In this document: in pieces, positions 1 to 10,068 of the stretch | How positions within the stretch are numbered: position 1 is the first letter of the stretch | Layout: the number at the start of each line of letters is the position of its first letter | Source: an uncultured Acidimicrobiales bacterium | GTDB taxonomy: Bacteria; Actinomycetota; Acidimicrobiia; Acidimicrobiales; UBA10347 | Direction of reading: 5' to 3' | Assembly: GCA_943788915.1 (NCBI GenBank) | Contig: CALSSD010000013.1 | Coordinates: 248,001 to 312,000 of the forward strand | DNA: 64,000 nucleotides | The notes under the pieces: generated by a model | The model's input: the letters and a program-made list of their open reading frames with translations, nothing else | Told to the model about the DNA's origin: nothing | Databases searched by the model: none | Position numbers and translations under genes: made by a program

Positions 1-106
1 CGGTGATCTCGCCAGCACGCATCGGGACGTTGAAATCGACACGAACCAGGACCCGTTTGCCTTCGACATCACCCAGGTCTTCCAGCCGAGGAACAGATGC
101 CGTCAT
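1..106 (-). CDS. pgk: Phosphoglycerate kinase, 5' part (runs off window start)
   Basis: Manual translation MTASVPRLEDLGDVEGKRVLVRVDFNVP contains the PGK RVDFNVP motif; its ATG overlaps the gap stop (ATGA). Confidence 0.95.
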   Translation of the reverse strand, partial: MTASVPRLEDLGDVEGKRVLVRVDFNVPMRAGEIT

Positions 107-1101
107 GCTGCGCCCATCTTCAGGGCCAGCTCAACCATACGGTTCGAGTAACCCCACTCGTTGTCGTACCAGCCGATCATCTTGACCATCTTGCCCATGG
201 CCATCGTCAAGCCCGAGTCATAGATGCAGGACTCGGGGCGGCCCACGATGTCAGACGACACCAGTGGTTCGTCGCTAAACGCAAGGATTCCAGCCATGGG
301 ACCAGAGGCAGCCATGCGGAAGGCTTCGTTAATCTCATCGATCGATGCTTCGGTCTTCAACATGCCAACAAAGTCGGCAGCTGATCCAGCGGCCAACGGC
401 ACGCGCACTGCCATGCCGTCGAGTTTGCCCAGCAGATGCGGCAGTACCTTGCCGGTTGCCTTGGCTGCTCCGGTTGAAGTGGGAATGAGGTTTTCTGCAG
501 CAGCGCGCGCACGGCGCAAGTCCTTGTGCGGTGCATCGATCAAGTTCTGGGTGCCGGTGTAGGCATGAATCGTGGTGATCATGCCCTGATCGACACCGAA
601 GGCATCGTCGAGCACCTTGACCATGGGACCGAAGCAGTTTGTTGTGCACGACGCGTTGCTGACGATCACGTGGTCGCGACTGAGTTCGCTGTCGTTCACA
701 CCAAGAACAACCATGGCATCGGCATCTGGGCTGGGTGACGAGATCACGACCTTCTTGGCACCAGCCTCGAGATGAAGAGCGGCTTGGGCACGGGTCTTGA
801 AGATGCCGGTTGATTCGATCACGATGTCGGCGCCAAGCTCGCGCCACGGCAGTTCCGCTGGATTGCGGATGCTCAGGAACTCCATTTTGTCACCGTCGAC
901 GGTGATATCGCCGTCGCCGATCGTGACATCGAACTGCGCTGGCCCGAACACGGTGTCGTGTTTCAGCAGGTATGCCATCGTCTCAGGATCGCCCAAGTCG
1001 TTGACGGCAACGAAGTCGATATCTGCGCCATATTGCTTGGCAGCTCGTAAGACATTACGGCCGATACGGCCGAATCCGTTGATTCCTACTCTGAGCGTCA
1101 C
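103..1101 (-). CDS. gap: Type I glyceraldehyde-3-phosphate dehydrogenase
   Basis: GINGFGRIGR, SNASCTTNC, WYDNEWGY motifs. Confidence 0.98.
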   Translation of the reverse strand: MTLRVGINGFGRIGRNVLRAAKQYGADIDFVAVNDLGDPETMAYLLKHDTVFGPAQFDVTIGDGDITVDGDKMEFLSIRNPAELPWRELGADIVIESTGIFKTRAQAALHLEAGAKKVVISSPSPDADAMVVLGVNDSELSRDHVIVSNASCTTNCFGPMVKVLDDAFGVDQGMITTIHAYTGTQNLIDAPHKDLRRARAAAENLIPTSTGAAKATGKVLPHLLGKLDGMAVRVPLAAGSAADFVGMLKTEASIDEINEAFRMAASGPMAGILAFSDEPLVSSDIVGRPESCIYDSGLTMAMGKMVKMIGWYDNEWGYSNRMVELALKMGAA

Positions 1102-1131
1102 CGGGTCTCCTTGGGTTGGAATGTGACTGGA

Positions 1132-1989
1132 TCAGGCGTTGCGATCCACGTCGCGATGCGACACCCGTGGATGGTAGCCCTGCTCTTCGAGGTGCCCTCG
1201 AAGCTGTCCGCTAACCCACACGCTTCGGTGTTGTCCGCCGGTGCAGCCGATACCGATCGAAAGGTAACTCTTGCCTTCGCGCTCGTAGGCGGGCATGAGT
1301 AGATCAAGCAACGCGTACAGCCGTTCAAGGAACTCTGGGGTGATCGTCTGAGACTCGATATAGGCACCTACCTCAGGGTCTCGACCGGTCAGCGGACGAA
1401 GTTCATCCACCCAGTGCGGGTTCGGTAGGAAGCGGCAGTCCATGACAACATCGACGTCGAGTGGCAGGCCATATTTGTAGCCAAAACTCACCACGCGCAC
1501 GCTCATAGCGGTGACGTCGGATTCAGTGGCGAATTCGCTTTCGATACGGTCGCGCAGTTGGTGCACGCTGGTGTTGCTGGTGTCGATCACCATGTCAGCT
1601 TCAGCCTTGATGACCTCAAGGGCATCTCGTTCGGCCTCGATTGCCTCGACCATCGGCAGGCTGGGATCCCACGGATGCGGGCGTTTCGTGCTTTCATATC
1701 GTCGCACGAGTACCGGCGTGCTGGCTTGCAGAAAGATGACTCGCACTCGCGTTTGATCGGCTTGGCGCAAGGCTCGAATTGCAGCGCTGATCTCTTCGGC
1801 TTCTTCGCCGCTGCCCGAAACCAGGGCCACTCGATCGTAGCGAGTGCCGCCCACTCCGGCGAGCTCAGATACCTTCGGCAGCAGTGCCGCGGGAAGGTTG
1901 TCGATCACGAACCAACCGAGGTCTTCGAGGAAGTTGGCGGCTTGTGACCGCCCCGCGCCCGAATGCCCCGTTACTACAGCGAACTCCAC
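1132..1989 (-). CDS. rapZ: RNase adapter RapZ/YvcJ P-loop protein
   Basis: TGHSGAGRS, DNLP, SFGYKYG, DCRFLPNP, GCTGGQHRSV; start moved to GTG 1989, 6 nt after TAGTCT. Confidence 0.93.
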   Translation of the reverse strand: MEFAVVTGHSGAGRSQAANFLEDLGWFVIDNLPAALLPKVSELAGVGGTRYDRVALVSGSGEEAEEISAAIRALRQADQTRVRVIFLQASTPVLVRRYESTKRPHPWDPSLPMVEAIEAERDALEVIKAEADMVIDTSNTSVHQLRDRIESEFATESDVTAMSVRVVSFGYKYGLPLDVDVVMDCRFLPNPHWVDELRPLTGRDPEVGAYIESQTITPEFLERLYALLDLLMPAYEREGKSYLSIGIGCTGGQHRSVWVSGQLRGHLEEQGYHPRVSHRDVDRNA

Positions 1990-2034
1990 TACCAAAGACT
2001 AGGCGATCATGGCCGGAGCTGGGTTGCGCGCCGG

Positions 2035-2772
2035 TTACAACTTGTCAGCGACCAGCACCAACAGCCGCGGGATCGCAGCGGCCTCGCGGTAGGTCGCAGC
2101 CCGTTCCAAGAAACCCTCGGGCGGCGATGGTTCGATCATTCGTTTGAAGCCGAAGCCGGCGTCGACCATGGCATTGAGGTACCGACTCAGCGGGCGGTGC
2201 ACAAACGGGATGTACACGTCTTTCTGGACCTCTTCGACGGTCGAGGCTTCTTGGAGGTACGGCCCGATCCGCCAATACCGCTCAGGTGGATCAAGCCACT
2301 GGTCGTCGATCCAGCCGCTGCCAGGCGTCTGCAGCAGTGGATGATTCAGCATCAGCACGAATCGTCCTCCGGGGCGAAGAACCCGAGCCGACTCGGCAAG
2401 CGCTGTTTCCATTGCTTCGATGTGTTCGTACACCAGACAGGCCAGGGCACCATCGAAAGTGTCATCGGCAAACGGCAACGCGTCAGCGTCGGACCGCAGA
2501 TAGGCAGGTCCTCCCCCACGTTTGATGGCCTCAATGATCTGGCTCGAGGTGGGATCGATGCCAACGACTTGGTCTGCGTCCGCTGCCAGCAGCTTGCGAG
2601 CTATCTGCCCCTCGCCCGTACCAACGTCGAGAATCCGATCACGGCCGGCTAGCAGGTCAAGTGCGAGCGGGATGATCTGCTCCTCGTACTCTGCGTCGAC
2701 ACCGTCGGTGAACTCGTCCTGCCACCAATCCGCGTGTTTCTCCCACAGCCCCGGGTCGTTCACGTCAGTCAC
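2035..2772 (-). CDS. Class I SAM-dependent methyltransferase
   Basis: ILDVGTGEG, LPFADDTFD, RVLRPGG; the ORF-track N-terminal extension is implausible, start estimated. Confidence 0.85.
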   Translation of the reverse strand: MTDVNDPGLWEKHADWWQDEFTDGVDAEYEEQIIPLALDLLAGRDRILDVGTGEGQIARKLLAADADQVVGIDPTSSQIIEAIKRGGGPAYLRSDADALPFADDTFDGALACLVYEHIEAMETALAESARVLRPGGRFVLMLNHPLLQTPGSGWIDDQWLDPPERYWRIGPYLQEASTVEEVQKDVYIPFVHRPLSRYLNAMVDAGFGFKRMIEPSPPEGFLERAATYREAAAIPRLLVLVADKL

Positions 2773-2862
2773 TCCGGTGACGATAACGACCCATGGACGG
2801 TGAACGGTGAAGGCACAGACCCAATGAACGTGATGCCAGATACGCCTGTATCTGATTCGATC

Positions 2863-2889
2863 AAACTTGATGGTAATCCACTCAAGTTT
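2863..2889 (+). promoter_or_regulatory. HAIR-like (HspR) operator upstream of dnaK
   Basis: AAA-CTTGATG-N7-ACTCAAG-TTT versus consensus CTTGAGT-N7-ACTCAAG, about 75 bp upstream of dnaK. Confidence 0.75.
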
Positions 2890-2963
2890 TCTGCTGACGT
2901 AGGGAATAGAGACTTTCAGTACACGGTTAAAGAGCGCATACACCCTCATAACTAGGAGAACCC

Positions 2964-4787
2964 ATGAGTAAGGCAGTAGGAATCGACCTCGGAACCACGA
3001 ATTCGGTTGTAGCCACCATCGTTGGTGGAGCACCCGAGGTCATCGCCAATGCAGAAGGCATGCGCACCACACCATCGGTTGTTGCGTTCGCCCGAGACGG
3101 CGAGGTACTCGTCGGCGAAGTCGCCAAACGCCAAGCAATCACCAACCCTGACCGCACCGTCCGGTCAGTCAAGCGCCATGTCGGCACTGACTGGAATCTG
3201 GGCGTCGACGGTGCTTCGTATACAGCGCAAGAGATCTCAGCTCGCATTCTTCAGAAGCTGAAGCGAGACGCCGAGGCGTACCTTGGCGAGAACGTGACCC
3301 AGGCGGTCATTACTGTGCCCGCGTACTTCGATGATGCGCAGCGCACCGCTACCAAAGAAGCCGGCGCCATCGCCGGGCTTGAGGTTCTGCGGATCATCAA
3401 CGAACCGACCGCTGCTGCACTCGCGTACGGCATCGACAGCGAGGACAAGAGCGATCAGACCGTGCTGGTCTTCGACCTCGGCGGTGGCACCTTCGATGTG
3501 TCCGTGTTGTCGCTTGGCGACGGCGTGTTCGAGGTGCTTTCGACCCACGGCGACACCCATCTCGGTGGCGACGATTGGGACCAGGCAGTCATCGACTGGA
3601 TCCTGAAGACCTTCAAAGACACCGAAGGGGTCGACCTGTCGAATGACCCGATGGTCATGCAGCGACTTAAAGAAGCTGCCGAAACCGCCAAGATCGAGCT
3701 GTCACAGACGCAATCAACCCGCATCAATCTGCCGTTTATCTCGGCAACCGATGCCGGCCCGAAGCACCTCGACCTCGAGCTCGCCCGCGCCAAGTTCGAA
3801 TCGCTGACCGAGAAGCTGGTCGCGAAGTGTCGTGCTCCGTTCGAGCAAGCCATCACGGACGCCAAATTGTCCGAAGGCGAGCTTGACCACGTGATTATGG
3901 TCGGCGGTTCCACCCGCATGCCAGCGATCACCGCGCTCGTCAAGGAAATCTCTGGCCGCGATCCACACAAGGGTGTGAACCCCGACGAGGTCGTTGCGCT
4001 GGGCGCTGCAGTCCAAGCGGGTGTCCTCCGAGGCGACGTCCAAGATGTGGTCCTGCTCGACGTCACGCCGCTGTCACTCGGCATCGAGACGATGGGCGGC
4101 GTGATGACGACACTCATCGAACGCAACACCACTATTCCTACGAAACGCTCAGAAACCTTCAGCACTGCCGACGACAATCAGCCGTCGGTCGAGGTCCACG
4201 TGATCCAGGGTGAACGGGAGATGGCGCAGTACAACAAGACGCTGGGCAAGTTTCAGCTCGTCGATCTTCCACCGGCGCCCCGGGGTGTACCTCAGATCGA
4301 GGTCAGCTTCGACATCGATGCCAACGGCATCGTGCACGTCTCCGCAACCGACAAGGGCACCGGCAAGGAACAGTCGATCACGATCACCGGCCAGTCATCG
4401 CTTTCACAGGAAGACATCGACCGCATGATCAAGGATGCCGAAGCCCACGCCGAAGACGACAAACGTCGCAGGGAAGAGGCCGAGGCTCGCAACGAAGCCG
4501 ACAGCACGCTGTACCAGGCTCGCCGTCAGCTCGATGAAGCCGACGACTCGTCCGACGAACGGGCCACGCTGCAAAGCGCTGTTGATCAACTCGCTTCAGC
4601 AGTTGAAGCCGAGGACATCACGGCGATGAAGGCAGCTGCCGAGGACGTTCGTGGCGCCGCCCAGGCGTACACGCAGTATCGCTACGAGCAGACTTCGGCC
4701 TCGGCTGGAGGTACCCCTGACAGCGACGTCGAGGATGCCGAGATCGTCGATGCTGAAATCATCGACGATGAGCCGGCAAACGCCTAG
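2964..4787 (+). CDS. dnaK: Molecular chaperone DnaK (Hsp70)
   Basis: [39 protein letters not shown]. Confidence 0.98.
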   Translation: MSKAVGIDLGTTNSVVATIVGGAPEVIANAEGMRTTPSVVAFARDGEVLVGEVAKRQAITNPDRTVRSVKRHVGTDWNLGVDGASYTAQEISARILQKLKRDAEAYLGENVTQAVITVPAYFDDAQRTATKEAGAIAGLEVLRIINEPTAAALAYGIDSEDKSDQTVLVFDLGGGTFDVSVLSLGDGVFEVLSTHGDTHLGGDDWDQAVIDWILKTFKDTEGVDLSNDPMVMQRLKEAAETAKIELSQTQSTRINLPFISATDAGPKHLDLELARAKFESLTEKLVAKCRAPFEQAITDAKLSEGELDHVIMVGGSTRMPAITALVKEISGRDPHKGVNPDEVVALGAAVQAGVLRGDVQDVVLLDVTPLSLGIETMGGVMTTLIERNTTIPTKRSETFSTADDNQPSVEVHVIQGEREMAQYNKTLGKFQLVDLPPAPRGVPQIEVSFDIDANGIVHVSATDKGTGKEQSITITGQSSLSQEDIDRMIKDAEAHAEDDKRRREEAEARNEADSTLYQARRQLDEADDSSDERATLQSAVDQLASAVEAEDITAMKAAAEDVRGAAQAYTQYRYEQTSASAGGTPDSDVEDAEIVDAEIIDDEPANA

Positions 4788-4947
4788 TGCTGCCACCCCA
4801 CACCATACCTAGCCCCACCCATACCCCCACCCGTACCACTGAGGGGCTGGTCGTCACGACAGCCCCTCATCGGCGCGGTCGGAATCTTCCTCCGGCCGCG
4901 CCACTCCACACACAAACCTGCCCTATCCCCGAGGAGGTGACTGCACG

Positions 4948-5828
4948 ATGCAGGCAACCGCAGAATGGCTTGACACCGACTACTACGAGGTACTCGGCGT
5001 CGCCCCCGACGCAACCAGCAAACAGATCAAGTCGGCTTATCGCAAGCTCGCCCGAACTGCCCACCCCGATGCCAACCCCGATGACCCAACCGCCGACCAG
5101 CGGTTCTCAGACATCGCCAAGGCCTACGAGGTACTCAGTGAACCAGAGCAACGTTCCGAGTACGACGAAATACGTTCCCGCCCACGGGGTGGCCCTTTCG
5201 GTGACCAGGGTCTGGGCGACCAGGGCTTCGGCTACCGATCAGCCTCGGCTCAAGACTTCGACATGGCCGATCTCTTCGACTTGTTCGGGGCCCAAGCACG
5301 ACCCCAGCAACGGGCAACAGCCAACTGGCCACTACGAGGACGAGACCTCACTGCTTCATTGCACGCTCGACTTCGAAAGCGCCGTCAACGGCCTAACGAC
5401 AACGCTTCAGTTGGATGGGCGCACTGTCAACACTCGAATCCCGCTGGTGTCAAGGACGGTCAAACCATTCGTCTGGTAGGCAAAGGTACTCCCGGTGCGA
5501 ACGGAGGGCCATCGGGCGACCTGTCATCGAAATCGCGGTCGACAAACACCCTGTATTCGAACGGTCAGGCCGCGACCTCACGGTGACGGTGCCCATCTCG
5601 TATGCCGACGCAGTACTTGGCGGCGAAATGCGTGTTCCGACGCTCGACGGCACCTTTGTCACCATCAAGGTCCCCTCTGGTACGCAGGTTGGAAAGACCT
5701 TCCGCGTGTCGGGCCGGGGTGTACCCCATCCCACGAAACCTGGGAACTTACTGGCCACGGTCACCATCGCTGTGCCGACTTCAGTCACCGACGAAGACGC
5801 CGGACTTCTCCGTCAGCTGTCGAAATAG
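4948..5828 (+). CDS. dnaJ: DnaJ/CbpA-type co-chaperone (no Zn finger) with three apparent indels
   Basis: J domain (DYYEVLGV, HPD); C-terminal domain pieces spread over three frames with shifts at ~5362, ~5441, ~5523; GAGGAGG RBS. Confidence 0.85.
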
Positions 5829-5874
5829 TTCCCCAGACCCACGTGAGGTGTGATGCTTTGGGCCAACCCCTGTC

Positions 5875-6552
5875 TTGCGGACTATGGCGACCAATAACCG
5901 CACTAACCAGGCCCATGCCGAGAACGACCTGATCTCGCTTGGCGACACCGTGATTAGTCCCGTCGTTGAGGTTTCGGCCGAACCATGGGCGCTGGCCATG
6001 ACGTTCACTCGTGACCTCGCTGTGGTCACCGACGACATCGTGATCCCTCTCATGCCCCACCGTATTCGTGGAACGTTCGAGGCGCCACTGACCCGCGGCG
6101 TGCTTGTTTCGCTCGGACTTGAGCTGACGGCTCCGAGCGAACCGCTACGTTTCGATGGCGGCAATGTGCGCGACGACTGTCACGGTCGACTCTTAGTAGG
6201 TGTTCTGTCTGACCAACCAACCGCTGGGTTTGTCGAAGCCGTTCGTTTCCTTGAAGCGGCGACGGGGCGGCCTGCGTACCGCGTTCCTCTCGCTGGCGGC
6301 CGATTGCCCCACCTCGATATGGCAATGTGCGATCTCAACGGGCGAGCCTGGCTCGTCTCCCTCGATGGCTCGCCCGGCTTCGATCTGGCTGACCGCGCAT
6401 CGAACGAACTCTTTCTTGGACGTCCGGTGATCGTCGCCGGAACAACCGACGGTGAGCAACTCGGCTGCAACTTGGTGGTAATAGCGAACGAGACACTACC
6501 CAGGCGGATGACCCACTCAGGTCAGTCCTCAGCCGGATGCAACTTCTCATAG
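5875..6552 (+). pseudogene. Amidinotransferase/dimethylargininase-like protein, apparently C-terminally truncated
   Basis: FTRD, FDGGNV, PHLD, LGCN motifs; no C-terminal catalytic Cys segment; ORF runs into the uvrC 3' end. Confidence 0.55.
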
Positions 6553-8384
6553 ATAGCTTCGGCGACCGTGTCAGGAAGCCATCGCAAACTCTTGAGTTCA
6601 TCGACCGTCGCGCCTCGGATCGCCTTGACCGAACCGACTTCTCGCATCAGTCGTTTCTTACGGGTCTCGCCTAGCCCAGGCACGTCGTCGAGCACCGATT
6701 TACGCATTCGTTTGTCGCGCAGCTGGCGGTGATAGGTGATCGCAAACCGATGGCTCTCGTCGCGGATGCGCTGCAACATGTACAAGGCCTCGCTCTGGCG
6801 CGGCAGCAAGATCGAAGCTGGCCGGCCAGGAATGAAAACCTCTTCGAACTGCTTGGCCAACGCCGCAACCGGAATCTCGTCGGTCAAGCCCAGTTCTTTG
6901 AGCACCTTGACTGCAACACTGAGCTGGCCCTTGCCGCCGTCGACCAGCAGCAGCTGCGGCGGGTAGGCAAACTTGCCCCACTCTTCGGGAGGGCGGTCAC
7001 GGTCGGCGACATAGTTGGTAAAACGTCGACGCAAGACTTCTTCCATCGCTGCGAAATCGTCGTTGCCGGCAACGGTTTTGATCTTGAAACGGCGGTATTC
7101 GCTCTTCTTGGCTAGGCCGTCCTCGACGACCACCATGGAACCGACGTAGTCAGAGCCCTGGATATGGCTCATGTCGTAACACTCGATGCGTAACGGCGAC
7201 AGTGGTAAGTCCAGTAGTTCCTGAAGCTGATTGATTGCCTGGCTGCGGCTGTTGTGATCGCTCTGGCGCTTCAGCCGGTGACGCTGGAACGACTCGCGAG
7301 CGTTCTGGGTAACCGTCTCGGCAAGTTCTCGTTTGTCGCCCCGCTGCGGAATACCAATCGTGACCGCCGAACCACGCTGCTCGGTCAACCATTCCTCGTA
7401 CATCTCCTGGCTGGCAGGCAGATCCGGAACCAGCACCTTCTTCGGATGACCCAGCGGATTGTCGTCGAAGTACAGCCGCTCCAAGATCCGAGCAATGAGT
7501 TCGGGACGGTCGAGTTCCTCGGCCTTATCCACGATGAAACCACGTCTGCCCAACACTCGACCCTTACGGACGAAGAAGACTTGTACCGCAGCTTCGAGTT
7601 CATCGTCGTACAGACCGATGACGTCGAAGTCCTCGCTGCGAGTGCCAACCATCTGGTTCTTCTCATTGGCCTTCCGCACACTGATCAGCCGATCGCGGTG
7701 CCGGGCAGCAAGCTCGAACTCCAACTCGGCGCTGGCCTTGGCCATGTCTGCTTCGAGCCGGGCAACGATTTCGTCGGTATCGCCCTCGAGGAACTTGATC
7801 AGTTCCGAGGTCAGGTCTCGGTAGTCCGCTTCGCTGATCGCATCAACACACGGCCCCGAGCATTTCTCAATGTGGAAGTCGAGGCACGGTTTACCCAGCC
7901 GTGCATGACGATTGAACTTTCCCTCGGTGCACGTGCGGATGGGGAAGGTGCGGAGCAGAAGGTCGAGCGTTTCCCGAATGGCATACGCGTGGCCATAGGG
8001 ACCGAAGTACCGGTTGCCCTTCTTCTTCTTCCCTCGGATCACCATGGCCCGGGGCCACTCATCGGCAAGTGTGATCGCCAGAAACGGGTAGCTCTTGTCG
8101 TCTCGGTAACGCACGTTGTACCGAGGCTGGTGACGCTGGATGAGCGTGTATTCCAGCATGAGCGATTCGACTTCGGTGGCAACCTGGATCCACTCGACAC
8201 TCTCAGCCTCGGCGACCATCTGAGCGGTGCGAACCTGGAGATTTCGCGGGTTCTGGAAATAATTCGACAGGCGCGACCGCAGGTTTTTGGCCTTGCCGAC
8301 ATAGATGACCCGGCCGTTCGCATCCTTAAATTGATACGAACCAGGAGTCGTTGGGATTGTGCCGGCAGGCGGACGTGTCACCAT
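6522..8384 (-). CDS. uvrC: Excinuclease ABC subunit C
   Basis: GIY-YIG (YVGKAKNLRSRL), RIECYDMSH, DGGKGQL, RDESHRFAI, HhH. Confidence 0.97.
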   Translation of the reverse strand: MVTRPPAGTIPTTPGSYQFKDANGRVIYVGKAKNLRSRLSNYFQNPRNLQVRTAQMVAEAESVEWIQVATEVESLMLEYTLIQRHQPRYNVRYRDDKSYPFLAITLADEWPRAMVIRGKKKKGNRYFGPYGHAYAIRETLDLLLRTFPIRTCTEGKFNRHARLGKPCLDFHIEKCSGPCVDAISEADYRDLTSELIKFLEGDTDEIVARLEADMAKASAELEFELAARHRDRLISVRKANEKNQMVGTRSEDFDVIGLYDDELEAAVQVFFVRKGRVLGRRGFIVDKAEELDRPELIARILERLYFDDNPLGHPKKVLVPDLPASQEMYEEWLTEQRGSAVTIGIPQRGDKRELAETVTQNARESFQRHRLKRQSDHNSRSQAINQLQELLDLPLSPLRIECYDMSHIQGSDYVGSMVVVEDGLAKKSEYRRFKIKTVAGNDDFAAMEEVLRRRFTNYVADRDRPPEEWGKFAYPPQLLLVDGGKGQLSVAVKVLKELGLTDEIPVAALAKQFEEVFIPGRPASILLPRQSEALYMLQRIRDESHRFAITYHRQLRDKRMRKSVLDDVPGLGETRKKRLMREVGSVKAIRGATVDELKSLRWLPDTVAEAIYEKLHPAED

Positions 8385-8427
8385 CCATGCCGACTGTAGT
8401 GGTGGGTGAACTGGCAAACTGGGCCCT

Positions 8428-9231
8428 GTGAAAGGGGTCATGGTCTATCTCGTTGCTGCGGCATGGCTGTTTGCCGGTTGCAGCGGCCAGGCCGACGTGA
8501 CCGCATCTGACCCGCCACCGGCCACACCCCGCCCCACACTGGCTCCAGTGCCGACAGCACCGTCACAAGCTGGCCCTGGTGAGCTCGACCCAGAACCGGC
8601 CCCCTTCATCCCGGCTGGTCGCCCCGGAGACGCAGGCGCGTATGCCGGCCTCGTCGCCAAACTTGAACACGTCGTGCCCCATGAACTGCGAGCCCAGGTT
8701 CCGTGGCCCGACTTGCGGAACCCGAACCCGATCATCGCCCAAATCGAGATCTTCGAGTTGTGGATCTGGATGGCCGCAAACCTGACCGAACCGCAACTCG
8801 CCGAGGTTATGGCCGCCCCCGGCAGCCCCAGCCGCGAGAGTGTTGTTTCGGTCTTTGGTGATTTGCAGACACTCAACATCTTCGAGATTCGGACTGGCCA
8901 GCCCTACGAGGCCTTCGACCACCTGGTCGTCACGTTTGCATCCGCTGGACTGCCGCTATGGCTCAGTCGTGACGTTCCTGTCGACGCAGTGGTCGTCTAT
9001 TACAGCGACAAATCAGGCCCCGTAGACATCGTCGACCAAATCAGCGGGGCAACGATTATGAATCAGCCTTCGGTCGCAACACGAGCGTGGTTATCAATCA
9101 TGGTGCCAACCGACGTCGGCTGGCAGCTGTGGCGCGATCAGCTCATCGAACCCAACGATGCAGAACTCAAGACGCCCGATCTACCACCGCCACCGGGTGC
9201 CGACATTGAACTCCGCCCGCCCGAGCTCTGA
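8428..9231 (+). CDS. Putative lipoprotein, unknown family (paralogue 1)
   Basis: Lipobox LFAGC, Pro-rich linker, motifs shared with the next gene. Confidence 0.75.
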   Translation: MKGVMVYLVAAAWLFAGCSGQADVTASDPPPATPRPTLAPVPTAPSQAGPGELDPEPAPFIPAGRPGDAGAYAGLVAKLEHVVPHELRAQVPWPDLRNPNPIIAQIEIFELWIWMAANLTEPQLAEVMAAPGSPSRESVVSVFGDLQTLNIFEIRTGQPYEAFDHLVVTFASAGLPLWLSRDVPVDAVVVYYSDKSGPVDIVDQISGATIMNQPSVATRAWLSIMVPTDVGWQLWRDQLIEPNDAELKTPDLPPPPGADIELRPPEL

Positions 9232-9232
9232 T

Positions 9233-10051
9233 ATGCGCCGAGTGTTTTCACTTGTTCTCTTCGTGTGTCTTTCAGCCACCGCGTGTAACCCGACCACCTC
9301 GGAAATCACCGCTGATGACCCCGGGCCGTCCACTTCAGCCGCTGCCGAGCCGACCCCTTCGGCCGGGACCTTCAACGACCCATCAGCTGGTCCTGACCGG
9401 GCGTCCGACGAACCCCGCCAGGTACCACCTCTTGATCTTCCGGCAACAGCGCCCGGTACCGACGCAGCAGCTGCTGCACTCATCGACGACCTCGACCAGT
9501 TCATCACGCCTGCACAACGGTCCGAAGGGGTGCCGTGGCCGGACCTGCGTAACCCGGATCCTGTCGCCGTGTACCAGTCGTCTGCGAACTTCCAGAACTG
9601 GATGTCGGCCAACAACCCCACCCCGACCCTGGTCGAGGCCTACACCGCACCCTGGAGTCCCGAACGAGGATTTGACCTGGAACTCTTTGCGTACCGCTAC
9701 ACCTTCGACTTGCGCTCCGGCCCATCCACGCCCCCGTATTCGATGCGAGTCGAGGACCTCGTGCATCCTGCCGCCACCGGCATCAACGACACACTGCTGG
9801 CACAAGTTCCCGAAGGAAGTGCCGCGGTTGTCTACTGGGATTCGGCCGGTGAGACAGACATCTATACCGTCGAAGGTCAGCTCTGGAACACAAGTCCTGG
9901 TTGGTCAGAGGTTGGCCCCTGGGTCGCGATCATGGAACCGACCGACGTTGGTTGGCAGGTGTGGTGGGACGAACTCACCGATCCCCCGCCGACCGGGTCC
10001 CGTGAACAACGGGGATTACCACACGCCGACCAGCCTCGTCGTGACGTGTAA
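9233..10051 (+). CDS. Putative lipoprotein, unknown family (paralogue 2)
   Basis: MRRVFSLVLFVCLSATAC signal/lipobox; VPWPDLRNP and IM.PTDVGWQ shared with the previous gene. Confidence 0.75.
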   Translation: MRRVFSLVLFVCLSATACNPTTSEITADDPGPSTSAAAEPTPSAGTFNDPSAGPDRASDEPRQVPPLDLPATAPGTDAAAAALIDDLDQFITPAQRSEGVPWPDLRNPDPVAVYQSSANFQNWMSANNPTPTLVEAYTAPWSPERGFDLELFAYRYTFDLRSGPSTPPYSMRVEDLVHPAATGINDTLLAQVPEGSAAVVYWDSAGETDIYTVEGQLWNTSPGWSEVGPWVAIMEPTDVGWQVWWDELTDPPPTGSREQRGLPHADQPRRDV

Positions 10052-10068
10052 GTGCCGACCGACTGCTG

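Noticed and set aside
7254..8399. Long antisense ORFs such as this 381-aa frame (also 13078-14175, 29183-30280, 59841-60860)
   Set aside because: Shadow ORFs opposite well-supported genes, typical of high-GC codon bias; no recognisable motifs
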